From NCBI GenBank assembly GCA_963843145.1, contig CAWJJC010000002.1:64001-128000 (forward strand): a stretch of DNA of 64,000 nt, written 5' to 3'. A program made the translations under genes and the position numbers. Under the pieces are notes generated by a model. That model did not search any database. It had not been told where the DNA came from and saw only the letters and a list, made by a program, of their open reading frames with translations. Below are positions 23,641 through 34,093 of the stretch, one piece after another. This DNA comes from an uncultured delta proteobacterium. Lineage in GTDB: Bacteria; Desulfobacterota; RBG-13-43-22. The number at the start of each line of letters is the position of its first letter. Position 1 is the stretch's first letter.

Positions 23641-24405
23641 ATGTATACTTTAGCGGCCATCATTGTTCTGGTGATTTTTTTTCTGAGCAGCGCCATCCGG
23701 ATCTTAAATGAATACGAACGAGGGGTCATCTTTCGTTTGGGAAGGGTCATCGCGGCCAAAGGGCCGGGGCTGATTATCTTAATTCCGATCATTGATAAAA
23801 TGGTCAAGGTGGATCTACGGACGGTGACCATGGACGTGCCTTCCCAGGACGTGATTACCCGGGACAACGTCTCGGTCAAGGTGAATGCCGTGGTCTATTT
23901 TCGGGTCATGGATGCGGTTAAAGCCACGGTCGAGGTCCAACAATACCTCTACGCCACCTCGCAATTGGCCCAGACGACCCTGCGAAGCGTCTGCGGCCAG
24001 GCGGAGCTGGATAAAATTCTTTCGGAACGGGAAAAGGTCAATACCGAGATCCAGGAGATCCTGGATGCCCACACCGACCCTTGGGGGATCAAGGTGTCGG
24101 TGGTGGAAGTGAAACAGATCGATCTTCCTCAGGAGATGCAGCGGGCCATGGCCAAACAAGCCGAGGCGGAGCGGGAACGGCGGGCCAAGGTGATCAACGC
24201 CGAGGGAGAATACCAGGCAGCGGCCCGACTGGCGGAAGCGGCCGGGATCATCGCCGAATATCCGATCGCCCTGCAATTGCGCTACCTGCAAACACTAAAG
24301 GAAGTGGCGGCGGAAAACAACTCCACCACCTTGTTCCCGATCCCGATCGACCTGTTTAAACCTTTCCTGAAGTTGACGGAGATGCTGGAGACGAAGAAAG
24401 GGTAA
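23641..24405 (+). CDS. SPFH/stomatin (slipin) family protein
   Basis: [32 protein letters not shown] and LQLRYLQ motifs; paired with nfeD. Confidence 0.95.
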   Translation: MYTLAAIIVLVIFFLSSAIRILNEYERGVIFRLGRVIAAKGPGLIILIPIIDKMVKVDLRTVTMDVPSQDVITRDNVSVKVNAVVYFRVMDAVKATVEVQQYLYATSQLAQTTLRSVCGQAELDKILSEREKVNTEIQEILDAHTDPWGIKVSVVEVKQIDLPQEMQRAMAKQAEAERERRAKVINAEGEYQAAARLAEAAGIIAEYPIALQLRYLQTLKEVAAENNSTTLFPIPIDLFKPFLKLTEMLETKKG

Positions 24406-24438
24406 CCAAAAAAAACTCAAAAAGGAGAATCAGACGGT

Positions 24439-24768
24439 ATGGGTAAGAAAGAGAAAGCCGCAAAAAAAGAAAAACCGTTAGAAAAAATGACGGCTAAGGA
24501 ATTGCGTGAACTGGCCCTAGGCCTGGGCAGCATCAGCGGGGTCCACGGCATGAACAAGGAAGAAATTTTAGCCGCCGTGAAGGAAGCCCGGGGGATCGTC
24601 AAGGAACCCCTTAAAAAAGGGGATCGTTCGATGCGCCAACTGAAAGAAAAGCTGGGTGAACTGAGGACCAAGAAAGAAGAGGTCCGGGCCGGCGGCGATA
24701 AAAAGGCCGTGGATCTTATGCGAAAACGAATCAGCCGGTTGAAAAAAAAGACTCACCAGGCAGCGTAG
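24439..24768 (+). CDS. Small basic protein with Rho N-terminal-like domain
   Basis: LEKMTAKELRELA...GVHGMNKEEIL resembles the Rho_N helical motif. Confidence 0.65.
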   Translation: MGKKEKAAKKEKPLEKMTAKELRELALGLGSISGVHGMNKEEILAAVKEARGIVKEPLKKGDRSMRQLKEKLGELRTKKEEVRAGGDKKAVDLMRKRISRLKKKTHQAA

Positions 24769-24776
24769 ACGGTCCC

Positions 24777-26033
24777 TTGAAACGACTGAAAATACCCTAC
24801 GGAACGCAAAGCCTGGAGCTGGCCGTCCCCCCGGTCCACTGGGGGGAATTACTGGCTCCCGGGACGGAGGCGCAGCCCCGCTCTGTGAACCTCCAGGCCG
24901 CCCTGGAACAACCGCTGGATTCCCCGGGCCTGGACGATTTCCTGGATGGCTGCCGTTCCCTGTTGATTCTGGTTAATGATGAAACCCGCCCGACACCCAC
25001 CGGGCGGGTTCTGGAAGGGCTCTGGCCCCGGATCTCCGGTTTAAACTTCAAAATTCTGGTGGCTACCGGTACCCACCGGCCGAGCCGGGAGGAAAATCTG
25101 GAAAGGATTTTTCACCCGCTCTGGCCGGAACTCCGAAGTAAAGTCCTTTTTCACGACAGCCGGCAGGAAGGGACCATGATCTTTCTCGGGACGACCTTCC
25201 GCGGCACCCGGGTCCTGCTCAACTCCCAGATTATGTTGGCCGACCGGGTACTGGCGATCGGGTCAGTGGAGCCTCATTATTTCGCCGGCTACACGGGGGG
25301 ACGGAAATTGATCGTGCCTGGGATCGCCGCCTATTCCACGATCGTTTCCAACCATTCCCTGGCTATGGAACCGGGCGCTCAACCCCTCCGACTGCTGGGC
25401 AATCCGCTGCATGAAGACCTGATGGAAGCCCTGCAGTTCCTGACCATGCCCCCGATCTTTTCCATTCAACTGGTGTTGACTCCTGACCATGACGTGGCGG
25501 CCGTCTACGCCGGGTCTTTATTGAAGAGCTTTCTAGAGGCCACGCGAAAGGCGGATGAGGTCTTTACCGTGCCGTTCCGGGAGAAGGCCGATATACTGGT
25601 TTCCGTGGCCCTGCCGCCCATGGATCTGGATCTCTATCAGTCCCAGAAACCCATCGAGCACGGGAAACTGGCCCTGAAGGAAGACGGGATCCTTATCCTG
25701 GTCATGCCTTGCGGGCGAGGGGCGGGTCCGGGGGATTTTCAGGAATTATTGAGTCAGACCGGGGAATTTGAACAGGCGAGGCGTCTGTTATACCAGCCTT
25801 ATCGGCTGGGTTTTCACCGGATTTCCCGGAATCTGCGTTTTGTATCCGAGGGCGGGGAAATCTGGGGCATCACCGACCTGGATTCGGTCTTCCTCGCCCG
25901 GACCTTCATCCACCCTAAACCCTCCCTGCAGGCCGCCGTCGATGAGGCCGTCGCCCGCAAAGGACCGCGGGCCAGGGTCAACGTCCTCATGAATGCCAGC
26001 CTGTGCGTCCCGAAACAGGTGGTATTTCAGTGA
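24777..26033 (+). CDS. larA: Nickel-pincer-dependent lactate racemase (LarA) family protein
   Basis: NDETRPTP, ATGTHR, PHYFAGYTGGRK and DLYQSQK motifs. Confidence 0.85.
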   Translation: MKRLKIPYGTQSLELAVPPVHWGELLAPGTEAQPRSVNLQAALEQPLDSPGLDDFLDGCRSLLILVNDETRPTPTGRVLEGLWPRISGLNFKILVATGTHRPSREENLERIFHPLWPELRSKVLFHDSRQEGTMIFLGTTFRGTRVLLNSQIMLADRVLAIGSVEPHYFAGYTGGRKLIVPGIAAYSTIVSNHSLAMEPGAQPLRLLGNPLHEDLMEALQFLTMPPIFSIQLVLTPDHDVAAVYAGSLLKSFLEATRKADEVFTVPFREKADILVSVALPPMDLDLYQSQKPIEHGKLALKEDGILILVMPCGRGAGPGDFQELLSQTGEFEQARRLLYQPYRLGFHRISRNLRFVSEGGEIWGITDLDSVFLARTFIHPKPSLQAAVDEAVARKGPRARVNVLMNASLCVPKQVVFQ

Positions 26034-26041
26034 GGGTTTTA

Positions 26042-26977
26042 TCAGTACGTCAGTTTCTTCAGGGCCTCGACCAACCCCTTGACCGCCTCGGCTGATTTTT
26101 TTAAGGCCGCATCCTCTTCGGGCTTCAAGGCAATCTCGATCACCTGCTCGATTCCGCCTCGACCGAGCTTCACCGGTACCCCGATAAATAAATCGTTGAT
26201 CCCATATTCCCCGGTCAGGTAGGCCGCGCAGGGCAGGATTTTCTTTTTGTCCTTGATGATGGCTTCGGCCATTTCGCAGGCCGCCGAGGCCGGGGCATAA
26301 TAGGCGCTGCCGGTTTTCAGCAGGCTGACGATCTCCGCTCCCCCCTCCCGGGTCCGCTTGACCAGCCGTTCGATGGCGGCCGGGTCCAGGAGTTCGGTGA
26401 TCGGGATCCCGGCCACATTCGAGAACCGGGGTAACGGCACCATGGTATCGCCGTGTCCGCCCAGGACGAAGGCGTGGGTGTTTTCCACGGAAACGTTCAG
26501 TTCCCGGGCGATGAAGGTGCGAAAACGGGCCGAATCCAGGACCCCGGCCATGCCCAACACCCGCTGCTTAGGGAAAGCGCTGGCCTCCAGGGCCACGTGG
26601 CACATGGCATCGAGGGGATTGCTGACGATAACCAAGACGGCCTGGGGAGAATATTTGGCCACCTGGCCGGCCACGGATTTCATGATCTTGGCGTTGGTGG
26701 CCAAAAGGTCGTCCCGGCTCATGCCCGGCTTTCGGGGTATTCCGGAAGTGATGATGACGACCTCCGAATCCTTGGTGGCCTCGTAATCATTGGCTCCCGT
26801 CAATCCGGCATCGTGCTTTTCAATCGGTGCCGCTTCGGCCAGATCGAGGGCCTTGCCGAAAGGGACCCCTTCGAGTATGTCTATCAAAACCACATCCGCC
26901 AATTCTCTTTCGACGATCCGCTGGGCCGTCGTGGCGCCCACGTTTCCCGCTCCGACCACGGTAATCTTATGTTGCAT
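26042..26977 (-). CDS. mdh: Malate dehydrogenase (LDH-like)
   Basis: [21 protein letters not shown] and GGHGD motifs. Confidence 0.96.
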   Translation of the reverse strand: MQHKITVVGAGNVGATTAQRIVERELADVVLIDILEGVPFGKALDLAEAAPIEKHDAGLTGANDYEATKDSEVVIITSGIPRKPGMSRDDLLATNAKIMKSVAGQVAKYSPQAVLVIVSNPLDAMCHVALEASAFPKQRVLGMAGVLDSARFRTFIARELNVSVENTHAFVLGGHGDTMVPLPRFSNVAGIPITELLDPAAIERLVKRTREGGAEIVSLLKTGSAYYAPASAACEMAEAIIKDKKKILPCAAYLTGEYGINDLFIGVPVKLGRGGIEQVIEIALKPEEDAALKKSAEAVKGLVEALKKLTY

Positions 26978-27018
26978 GATTTAGGCTCCTTTAAATGGTT
27001 TTTTTAAAATCGATGAAT

Positions 27019-27843
27019 TTAATGGGGGGAGATATAGCAGCCGGCGGTCGTCATCCAGGGTTTTATCTGATCCAGAAAGGCTTGTTTGATGACCGCATAC
27101 CCGGCGTCGTTCGGGTGTTCGCATCCGACTAGCGGATCCGTTGAGATGAGCGTCGATTCCCAGTTCGGATTGCCGATAAATGCACTGAACACGTCGGCCA
27201 GCGGGATACTGAAGTCTACAGCAATCTTATGGATATACTGTTGGAAGCCCTCAATTTGCTGCTGCAGGAAGCCCAAGTCGCCGCAGACCGGCGGCATGGT
27301 GCCCAGGATGACCTTGATCTCTTGCTGCCGGGCGATGGCCACCATGGCTCGAAGATTGCTGTCCACCTGCGCGTAGACCTGGTCGGAGGGGATGAACGGA
27401 TCATTGAGGTCGTTGGTGCCTTCCATGAGCAAAATCAACTTCGGCTTCACCTCCGGATGAGCGGTCGGGTAAATACAGCCGGAATCATAATGACAGGTTT
27501 GAATCGGTTCGGTAACGGTGGGATTGAAGAGGGCCAATCCATCGTCGGTGGTCTGACCCCCGATCCCCATATTATAAAACACAATATCCTGTTCTGGAAA
27601 GAGGGACTTAAGATCCTCATATAAACGTCCCACGTAGCCGCTGTGGGGAATACTGAACAAATCAAAGGGGAAAACAGTGGCTCCATAGCCGGCCGTGATG
27701 CTGTCGCCGTAAGCCATAAAAACAAAATCGGTGCAGACGTCTTTGAAAATCAAGGGTAAATAAAGGGGGTCTCCGGCCTCGACCGACCCCCCCCCAAATG
27801 CCAGCAAGATCCCCAGGGCTAAAAAGACTTTCCTAATCTTCAT
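27019..27843 (-). CDS. Secreted SGNH/GDSL hydrolase with N-terminal LYLPLIFK tag
   Basis: Signal peptide; GDSITAG, G.GG, EGTND and HPNDAGY blocks. Confidence 0.88.
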   Translation of the reverse strand: MKIRKVFLALGILLAFGGGSVEAGDPLYLPLIFKDVCTDFVFMAYGDSITAGYGATVFPFDLFSIPHSGYVGRLYEDLKSLFPEQDIVFYNMGIGGQTTDDGLALFNPTVTEPIQTCHYDSGCIYPTAHPEVKPKLILLMEGTNDLNDPFIPSDQVYAQVDSNLRAMVAIARQQEIKVILGTMPPVCGDLGFLQQQIEGFQQYIHKIAVDFSIPLADVFSAFIGNPNWESTLISTDPLVGCEHPNDAGYAVIKQAFLDQIKPWMTTAGCYISPH

Positions 27844-27933
27844 CCTCGTCTACCTTCCTCAACTTTAGATTCGTGGCCGAACTCCAGTCCCGACCCTAAT
27901 AAAACGTAATATAACACAAGATTAGATTCTTCT

Positions 27934-28776
27934 TCAACAAGGGATTTTAGAATTTTTCGAGAGAAGCGGTTGGCAGGTCGGGCAGAGGTGCGTTCCCCGA
28001 CCCCCGACCCGTGTTTTGTGGATAGGGTTTCGGCAGGTGGGGCAGGGCAAGCCCTGACGGTCGTAGACCCGAAGATAGGCTTGAAATCCTCCGATAATCC
28101 CTTCCGGGCCCCGATAATCGCTGACCGTGGTGCCTTTGGCCTTGATGGCCTGCCGGAGGACCTGTCGTATACGCTGATGTAACCCTCGAGCCTGGTCCCA
28201 GTTCAAGGTATGGGCCGGGGTCAAGGGATGGATCCGGGAGCGGAAAAGGCTTTCATCGACATAAATGTTGCCCAACCCGCTGACAAAGCGCTGATCCAGA
28301 AGCAAGGGCTTGATGGCCCTTTTCTTCTTTTGCAGGCGCCCATAAAATTCACTGGCGGTCAGGTCGAAGGGATCCGGGGCCAGGTCGACCAGTGGGGGCC
28401 ATTCCTGCCCGGGGTTCAGGAGGACCAGAAATCCAAATTTCCGCACATCCCGATAACGCAGTTGCAGGTCCCGGGGGTGCAGATTGAAAATGAGGTGGGT
28501 ATGCTTGTCCGCCGGTTGGCCTTCAGGAATCAACAACAATTGCCCGGTCATCCTGAGGTGAATGACCAAGGTGGCTTCGTTTCCCAGGCCGATCAGAATG
28601 AACTTGCCTTTTCGTTCTATTTTTCTGATGACGGCGCCCGTAAGCTGTTTTCGGAAGCTTTGCCGGGGGGACCTCAGCAGGCTGGAGGTCCGGATCTGGA
28701 CCGATCTAATTTGCCGTCCGATCAGCTTTTCCTGAAGGCCGCGGACTATGGTTTCTACTTCAGGCAGCTCAGGCAT
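27934..28776 (-). CDS. mutM: Formamidopyrimidine-DNA glycosylase
   Basis: MPELPEVE, HLRMTG, GLGNIY and C-terminal zinc finger. Confidence 0.96.
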   Translation of the reverse strand: MPELPEVETIVRGLQEKLIGRQIRSVQIRTSSLLRSPRQSFRKQLTGAVIRKIERKGKFILIGLGNEATLVIHLRMTGQLLLIPEGQPADKHTHLIFNLHPRDLQLRYRDVRKFGFLVLLNPGQEWPPLVDLAPDPFDLTASEFYGRLQKKKRAIKPLLLDQRFVSGLGNIYVDESLFRSRIHPLTPAHTLNWDQARGLHQRIRQVLRQAIKAKGTTVSDYRGPEGIIGGFQAYLRVYDRQGLPCPTCRNPIHKTRVGGRGTHLCPTCQPLLSKNSKIPC

Positions 28777-29566
28777 GGTTTTTGACGAACCACTTGAGCT
28801 GGCGGCAGACGCCCCGGATCATCCGCACCTCCGGGGAATAGAGCTGGATCCGGGAAAAAAATCGGCGGATGCTCATCATCCAATGTTCCGGATTTTGTTT
28901 GTCCAGGAAGTCCATCATTTGCAGCACTTCCGAAAGGTGTTGGTACATGCCCTCCAACTCGAAAGAAGTGGCCAGGGGGGGTTCCTCCAGTGACCGTTGG
29001 GCTTTCAGTGTTTGTTCGTCGATCGACCGGCGGGAAGGGTCCTGAACGGCCGGTCCCTCCTCAGGGAGCCGGTGGGCCAGGAAGATTTCGTAGGCCAGGA
29101 TCAGGACCGCCTGGGCCAGATTCAAGGAACTGGCCTGGACGGTGGGGATGTTCACCACCGTATGACAGTAGCGCAGTTCCTCGTTACTGAGTCCGCGGTT
29201 TTCCGGCCCGAAAAGGAGGGCTACCCGGGTATCCGGACCCAGGGCCAGAATTTTTTGGCCGGCCTGGGCCGGGGTGATGATTTGTTTCCTTTCCCCCCCC
29301 AAACGGGCCGTCGTGCCGACGATATAGTGAAAAGGGGCCAGGGCTTCCGCTAAGGTGGGCTTGCTCTCCATAGTCTCCAGGAGGCCGACGGCGGTATGGG
29401 TGGCTAGTTTAGCCATCCGTTCCCGGTCGGTGTCCTCCGGATTAACCACCGTGATATGCCGGAGGCCCAAGTTCATGGCCGCCCGGGCCGTGGAGCCGAT
29501 GTTCTCGGCAAAACGTGGCTGATGCAACACAATCGTAATATGATCCAGATTAGCTTGGGCCCGCAT
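28769..29566 (-). CDS. trmJ: TrmJ/LasT-family SPOUT RNA methyltransferase
   Basis: ENIGSTARA, FGPENRGLSNEEL and SLNLAQAV motifs. Confidence 0.8.
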   Translation of the reverse strand: MRAQANLDHITIVLHQPRFAENIGSTARAAMNLGLRHITVVNPEDTDRERMAKLATHTAVGLLETMESKPTLAEALAPFHYIVGTTARLGGERKQIITPAQAGQKILALGPDTRVALLFGPENRGLSNEELRYCHTVVNIPTVQASSLNLAQAVLILAYEIFLAHRLPEEGPAVQDPSRRSIDEQTLKAQRSLEEPPLATSFELEGMYQHLSEVLQMMDFLDKQNPEHWMMSIRRFFSRIQLYSPEVRMIRGVCRQLKWFVKNHA

Positions 29567-29665
29567 GGTCCTTTCCTTATCATAAAAAGTCCTTCAACAC
29601 AACCATCCGGATATTTTCCGGTCAAACTCCCTCCCTTCCCATCGCGGCGGGCCTTATCTTTCCCC

Positions 29666-29695
29666 TTGACCCTCCTTCCTTCCCTATTTTATAGT
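29666..29695 (+). promoter_or_regulatory. Sigma70-type promoter upstream of the ABC operon
   Basis: TTGACC-18 bp-TATAGT. Confidence 0.5.
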
Positions 29696-29836
29696 CAGAC
29701 CCTGAAGCAAGTTCGATTCCCTGGGGCCCTCGGGGCTTTCAAGGTCAAGAGGATAAAAGACAACGGTGGTAGCAGGAGAGCAACATCCAACTGCGGGAGG
29801 CTGGGATTTAAGGCTCGGGCCGCACCGGGGATTCAA

Positions 29837-31804
29837 GTGCTGAGGGGAAGCGGTCCGAACAAGCGCCGGGGAGGCCTCCTGGGGTTGGCCTTTTTACTGC
29901 TGTTCCTGCTCCCGGGCTGCGGGAATAATCCCTATCCTCCGGAAGGCCGAGCCTTAATCGGCTACGCCGCGCTGGGGGAGGATCCCCGGACCCTCGATCC
30001 GGCGCAGGTTTCCGACACCACCTCCGCCGAGATCCTCTGTCAGATTTACGACTCCCTTTACCAGAACGCCTACCTCGACCGGCCTTACAAAGTCGTTCCC
30101 GCGCTGGCGGCCGCTTATCCGCAGTCGCGCGTTTATTACGAGGATCTGTCCGAGAAAGGAGAGAAAGTCCGGAAGGCCCGCATGGAATATATCTTCACGC
30201 TGCGGAACGACATTTTTTTCCAGGATGATCCCTGCTTCCCCGGGGGGAAAGGCCGTCGCGTTACCGCCCAGGATGTGATCTATTCGATAAAAAGGCTGGC
30301 CGATCCCGCGGTCCAGGCCACCGGCTACTGGCTCGTGGCGGGCAAGATCAAGGGGCTCGACGATTTTTTTAACCGGGCGGCCGCGGCGGGAAAGGCGGAT
30401 TACTCCCGGGAGATCGAGGGACTCCAGGCCCTCGACGACCACCGATTGAAAATCATCCTGACTGAACCCTATCCGGCCTTTATTTACATGATGAGCATGC
30501 CCTACACGGCACCCGTGGCCCGGGAGGCCGTGGTCTATTACAACGCGTCCGGACGGGGAGGGTTTTCCCGGCATCCGGTCGGGACCGGCGCCTTCCGGCT
30601 CAAGGCTTGGGAAAGGCAGCACCGGATAGTCCTGGAAAAAAGTGCCAGCTTCCGGAAGGAAACCTATCCCTTGACCGGCGCCCCTGGGGACCGGGAGAAA
30701 GGACTCCTGGCCGACGCCGGCAAACCGCTTCCTTTTCTGGACGAGGTCTGGTACACCATCATTTCGGCGGGGCAACCGGTCTGGCTTCTTTTCCTTCAAG
30801 GGTATCTCGATGCCTCCGGGATCCCTCAGGAGCAGTTCGAGAAGGTCGTCACCAAAAACCTGGAGCTTTCAAACCAATTCATCCAAAAGGGGATCTCGCT
30901 GGAGATTTCCAGTGAACTGTCCATCTTTTATCTGGCTTTTAATATGCGTGACCCGATCTTAGGCAAGAATAAGTACCTGCGACAGGCCCTATCCCTGGCC
31001 TATGATACCGACCTCTACAACCAGATCTTTTTGAACGGACGGGCGATCAACGCCCAAGGTCCTTTGCCCCCGGGGATCTTCGGCTATGATCCGAATTTAA
31101 AGAACCCCTACAAAACCCATGATCTGGTCCGGGCCCGGGAGCTTTTGGCCCGGGCCGGCTACCCCGGGGGAATTGATCCCAAAACGGGAAAACCCCTGGA
31201 ACTGGTTTATGATATCGGTTCCGAATCCACCCGAGCCCGCGAGGTGGCCAGTTTTGACCTGCGCTGCTTCGAACAGCTTGGCCTGAAGATGAAGCTCCAG
31301 GTAAATACCTGGTCCCAGCAACTGGAAAGGAGCCACAAGGGGACCTTCCAGATGTTTTCCCTGGGCTGGAACGCCGATTATCCCGACCCGGAGAATTTTC
31401 TGCAATTGCTCTATGGGCCCAATGCCCCTCCCAACCCGAACAGTTCCGCCTTTGCCAATCCGGAATATGACCGGCTTTATGAAAAGATGAAGACCATGGA
31501 AGACACCCCGGAGCGGGAGTCGCTGATTCGGCGGATGGTGGCGATCGTCATTGAGGAATGTCCCTGGATATTCAATATTCATTCCCCTGCCTATGTGCTG
31601 CGCCACGATTGGGTGAAGAACGGCAAGTCCCACAGCATCTCCGGCAATTATCGGAAGTATGTGCGGATCGATCCGGAACGGCGGCGGGCCTACCGGGAGG
31701 CCGAGAACCGGCCTAACCTGGCTATTCTGGTTTATGCGGGGCTTCTCCTGCTGGCCCTCGTCACCCCGGCACTGGTGATCACCTATCGCCGAAGGAGAAG
31801 GTAG
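29837..31804 (+). CDS. Peptide/nickel ABC transporter substrate-binding lipoprotein (family 5)
   Basis: Lipobox LPGC; TLDPA, PVGTGAF and GWNADYPDPENFL motifs; GTG 29837 more plausible than the 29456 start. Confidence 0.88.
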   Translation: MLRGSGPNKRRGGLLGLAFLLLFLLPGCGNNPYPPEGRALIGYAALGEDPRTLDPAQVSDTTSAEILCQIYDSLYQNAYLDRPYKVVPALAAAYPQSRVYYEDLSEKGEKVRKARMEYIFTLRNDIFFQDDPCFPGGKGRRVTAQDVIYSIKRLADPAVQATGYWLVAGKIKGLDDFFNRAAAAGKADYSREIEGLQALDDHRLKIILTEPYPAFIYMMSMPYTAPVAREAVVYYNASGRGGFSRHPVGTGAFRLKAWERQHRIVLEKSASFRKETYPLTGAPGDREKGLLADAGKPLPFLDEVWYTIISAGQPVWLLFLQGYLDASGIPQEQFEKVVTKNLELSNQFIQKGISLEISSELSIFYLAFNMRDPILGKNKYLRQALSLAYDTDLYNQIFLNGRAINAQGPLPPGIFGYDPNLKNPYKTHDLVRARELLARAGYPGGIDPKTGKPLELVYDIGSESTRAREVASFDLRCFEQLGLKMKLQVNTWSQQLERSHKGTFQMFSLGWNADYPDPENFLQLLYGPNAPPNPNSSAFANPEYDRLYEKMKTMEDTPERESLIRRMVAIVIEECPWIFNIHSPAYVLRHDWVKNGKSHSISGNYRKYVRIDPERRRAYREAENRPNLAILVYAGLLLLALVTPALVITYRRRRR

Positions 31805-31805
31805 C

Positions 31806-32789
31806 TTGCTGAACTATTTGATACGTCGTCTGCTCCTGGCCATCCCCACCGTGATCGGGGTCTGTCTGGTGACCTTTCTGCTTTTCAATGTTTTTGCCTC
31901 GCCTGAGGCCATCGCCCGAAAACAGCTCGGGAAAAACCCGACCGAGAAGCAGGTCAAAGCCTGGGTCACGGCCCACGGTATGGATAAGCCCGTTTTTTTC
32001 AATTTCCAGCGGGGAAAAGATGGGGACCTCCATCCCTTCGATAGCCGTTTCTGGAACCACATGAGGGAGCTCCTGCTTTTCCAATTCCCCCAATCGGATT
32101 ATCTGCACGAAAAGGTGAGCGATCTCCTCAAAGAAAAGATCGTCCCCTCGCTGACCATAACCGTTCCGGCTTTTCTGCTTTCCATTCTGGTGACCCTGCC
32201 CATAGCCCTTTTTATTGCCTATTACCGGGGCACGTACCTCGACCGCCTGGCCTTGTTCCTTTGCGTTATCCTGATGAGTATCGTCATCTTGAATTACATC
32301 ATCGTCGGCCAATACCTTTTGGCTGTGGTTTTTAAATACTTTCCCATTTACGGCTATGCCTTCGGTTGGGGCGCCTGGAAGTTCGTGCTGCTGCCTATCA
32401 TCCTGGCCGTGGCGGCCGGACTGGGGGGAGGGGTGCGCTTTTACCGGACCGTCATGCTCAACGAGGTGCGCGCCGACTATGTCCGCACGGCCCTGGCCAA
32501 GGGAGTCAGCGAGGAAGGGGTGCTTTTTCGACATGTGCTCAAAAACGCCATGATCCCCATACTGACGGTCACCGTGCTTTCTCTCCCTTTTCTCATCACC
32601 GGGAGCCTCCTGCTGGAAATGTATTTCGGCATACCCGGTATGGGCAACCTGATGCTCAACGCCATCAACAGCCACGATTATCCGGTCATCCGGACCCTGG
32701 TCTATATCTATTCCTTGCTCTATATTGCCGGCAGCATCCTGACGGACATCAGCTATACCCTGGTCGATCCCCGGGTGGGCTTCGAATAG
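31806..32789 (+). CDS. Peptide ABC transporter permease (OppB/DppB-like)
   Basis: YLIRRLL start, DYVRTALAKG EAA loop, DPRV end. Confidence 0.93.
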   Translation: MLNYLIRRLLLAIPTVIGVCLVTFLLFNVFASPEAIARKQLGKNPTEKQVKAWVTAHGMDKPVFFNFQRGKDGDLHPFDSRFWNHMRELLLFQFPQSDYLHEKVSDLLKEKIVPSLTITVPAFLLSILVTLPIALFIAYYRGTYLDRLALFLCVILMSIVILNYIIVGQYLLAVVFKYFPIYGYAFGWGAWKFVLLPIILAVAAGLGGGVRFYRTVMLNEVRADYVRTALAKGVSEEGVLFRHVLKNAMIPILTVTVLSLPFLITGSLLLEMYFGIPGMGNLMLNAINSHDYPVIRTLVYIYSLLYIAGSILTDISYTLVDPRVGFE

Positions 32790-32797
32790 GCACATCC

Positions 32798-33733
32798 ATG
32801 GCCGAATCGCATCTGAAAATCGCCGTGAAACGGATCAGGAAGGACCGACTGGCTGTGTTTGGTTTCGGCGTCATCTGTCTCTTTGCCCTGGTGGCCCTGT
32901 TGGACTCGGTGCCCCTTCCCCGTCGGGACCGGGGGGGAGTTCAATGGAATCGGACCGTGCTGGACGCTCTCTGCCAGAAGGAGGTGGAACGGTCCTATTC
33001 ACCGCCCCTGGCCGTAACGGGTGTCCTCAACCGCCAAAAGTTTTCCCTGAAGTCACGTCATCTGCTGGGCACCAATAATCTCGGCGAAGACGTGCTCTAT
33101 AATGCCCTCAAGGGGGTCAGGACGGCCTTCATCATCGGGATCGTCCCGTCGGCCGTGGCCGTTTCCTTCGCCATCCTTCTCGGGCTCCTGGCCGGCTTTT
33201 ACGGCGGCTGGGTGGATGACCTCATCCAGTATGTCTACCAGGTCCTTTCCTCCATTCCGGGCATCCTCCTGCTGATCGCCATGCTCATGGTCATGGAGCG
33301 GGGGCTCTGGCAACTGTGCGTCGCCCTGGGGGTCACCTCCTGGGTGGGGCTCTGCCGGCTGATCCGGGGGGAAACCCTCAAGGTCAAAAAAATGGAATAT
33401 ATTGAAGCGGCCCGGGCCCTGGGGGCCGGGGACCTGCGCATCTTGCTCCGACACATCCTGCCCAATGTGATGTACCTGGTCATCATTGAGATGACCCTGG
33501 ATTTTTCTTCCCTGGTCATGTCCGAGACCGTACTGACCTATATCGGCATCGGGGTCGAGCCGGGGACCGGGAGTTGGGGGAGGATGATCATGATGGCCGA
33601 TCGGGAACTGCCTAATGCCATCTGGTGGAATCTCACGGCCGCCTCGGTCTTTCTTTTTGTTCTGGTGCTGGCCTTCAACCTTTTTGCCGACGCCTTGCGC
33701 GACGCTCTGGATCCGCGTTTGAGACAGGCTTGA
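32798..33733 (+). CDS. Peptide ABC transporter permease (OppC/DppC-like)
   Basis: HLLGTN.LGEDV, EYIEAARALG and DALRDALDPR motifs. Confidence 0.92.
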   Translation: MAESHLKIAVKRIRKDRLAVFGFGVICLFALVALLDSVPLPRRDRGGVQWNRTVLDALCQKEVERSYSPPLAVTGVLNRQKFSLKSRHLLGTNNLGEDVLYNALKGVRTAFIIGIVPSAVAVSFAILLGLLAGFYGGWVDDLIQYVYQVLSSIPGILLLIAMLMVMERGLWQLCVALGVTSWVGLCRLIRGETLKVKKMEYIEAARALGAGDLRILLRHILPNVMYLVIIEMTLDFSSLVMSETVLTYIGIGVEPGTGSWGRMIMMADRELPNAIWWNLTAASVFLFVLVLAFNLFADALRDALDPRLRQA

Positions 33734-33749
33734 GTGGCTATGAGCTTTT

Positions 33750-34062
33750 GGTTGTTCGCCCTTTTCGGCGGGTGGCCGCAATATTCAGTAGGTCACTCTG
33801 TGATCGGGCCTTCGTGGCCGCCGGGTCTCGACGAAAAGGTTTTCCAGATTTCTTTTTCGGTTCTAACCCGGCCCCCATGTTTTCAAATTTTCCAGGAGGC
33901 AGGGCCGGCCAGGAAGGTGTCAAGCGTCTCGGAGTATGGGCCTGCTTTAAATAAATTTAGTCAGTTAGGCCAGGATTCGAAGTCCGGAGTATCTTTGGAA
34001 AACCTTTTCGTCGAGACCCGGCGGCCATACCGGATAGGGGGGATACTCCCAAAGGGGCGAAG
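33750..34062. repeat. ~320-nt nested-palindrome element, copy B (opposite orientation to copy A)
   Basis: Perfect 32-bp IR at 33815-33846 / 33996-34027; colinear with the reverse complement of 11617-11942. Confidence 0.85.
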
Positions 34063-34093
34063 GCGCATTTTTTGAAAGGCCAGGCTGAAATCA

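Noticed and set aside
29706-29725. tRNA fragment or 6S RNA at GTTCGATTCCC
   Set aside because: The T-stem does not pair and there is no cloverleaf. The segment is shorter than a typical 6S RNA and lacks its usual context.
29456-29836. Long N-terminal extensions in the ORF track (also at 32366, 41160, 48472 and 49272)
   Set aside because: They overlap neighbouring genes, promoters or repeats; family similarity begins at downstream starts.
33734-34075. 113-aa ORF inside the palindromic element
   Set aside because: I see no matching ORF in copy A, and the copies differ by indels.
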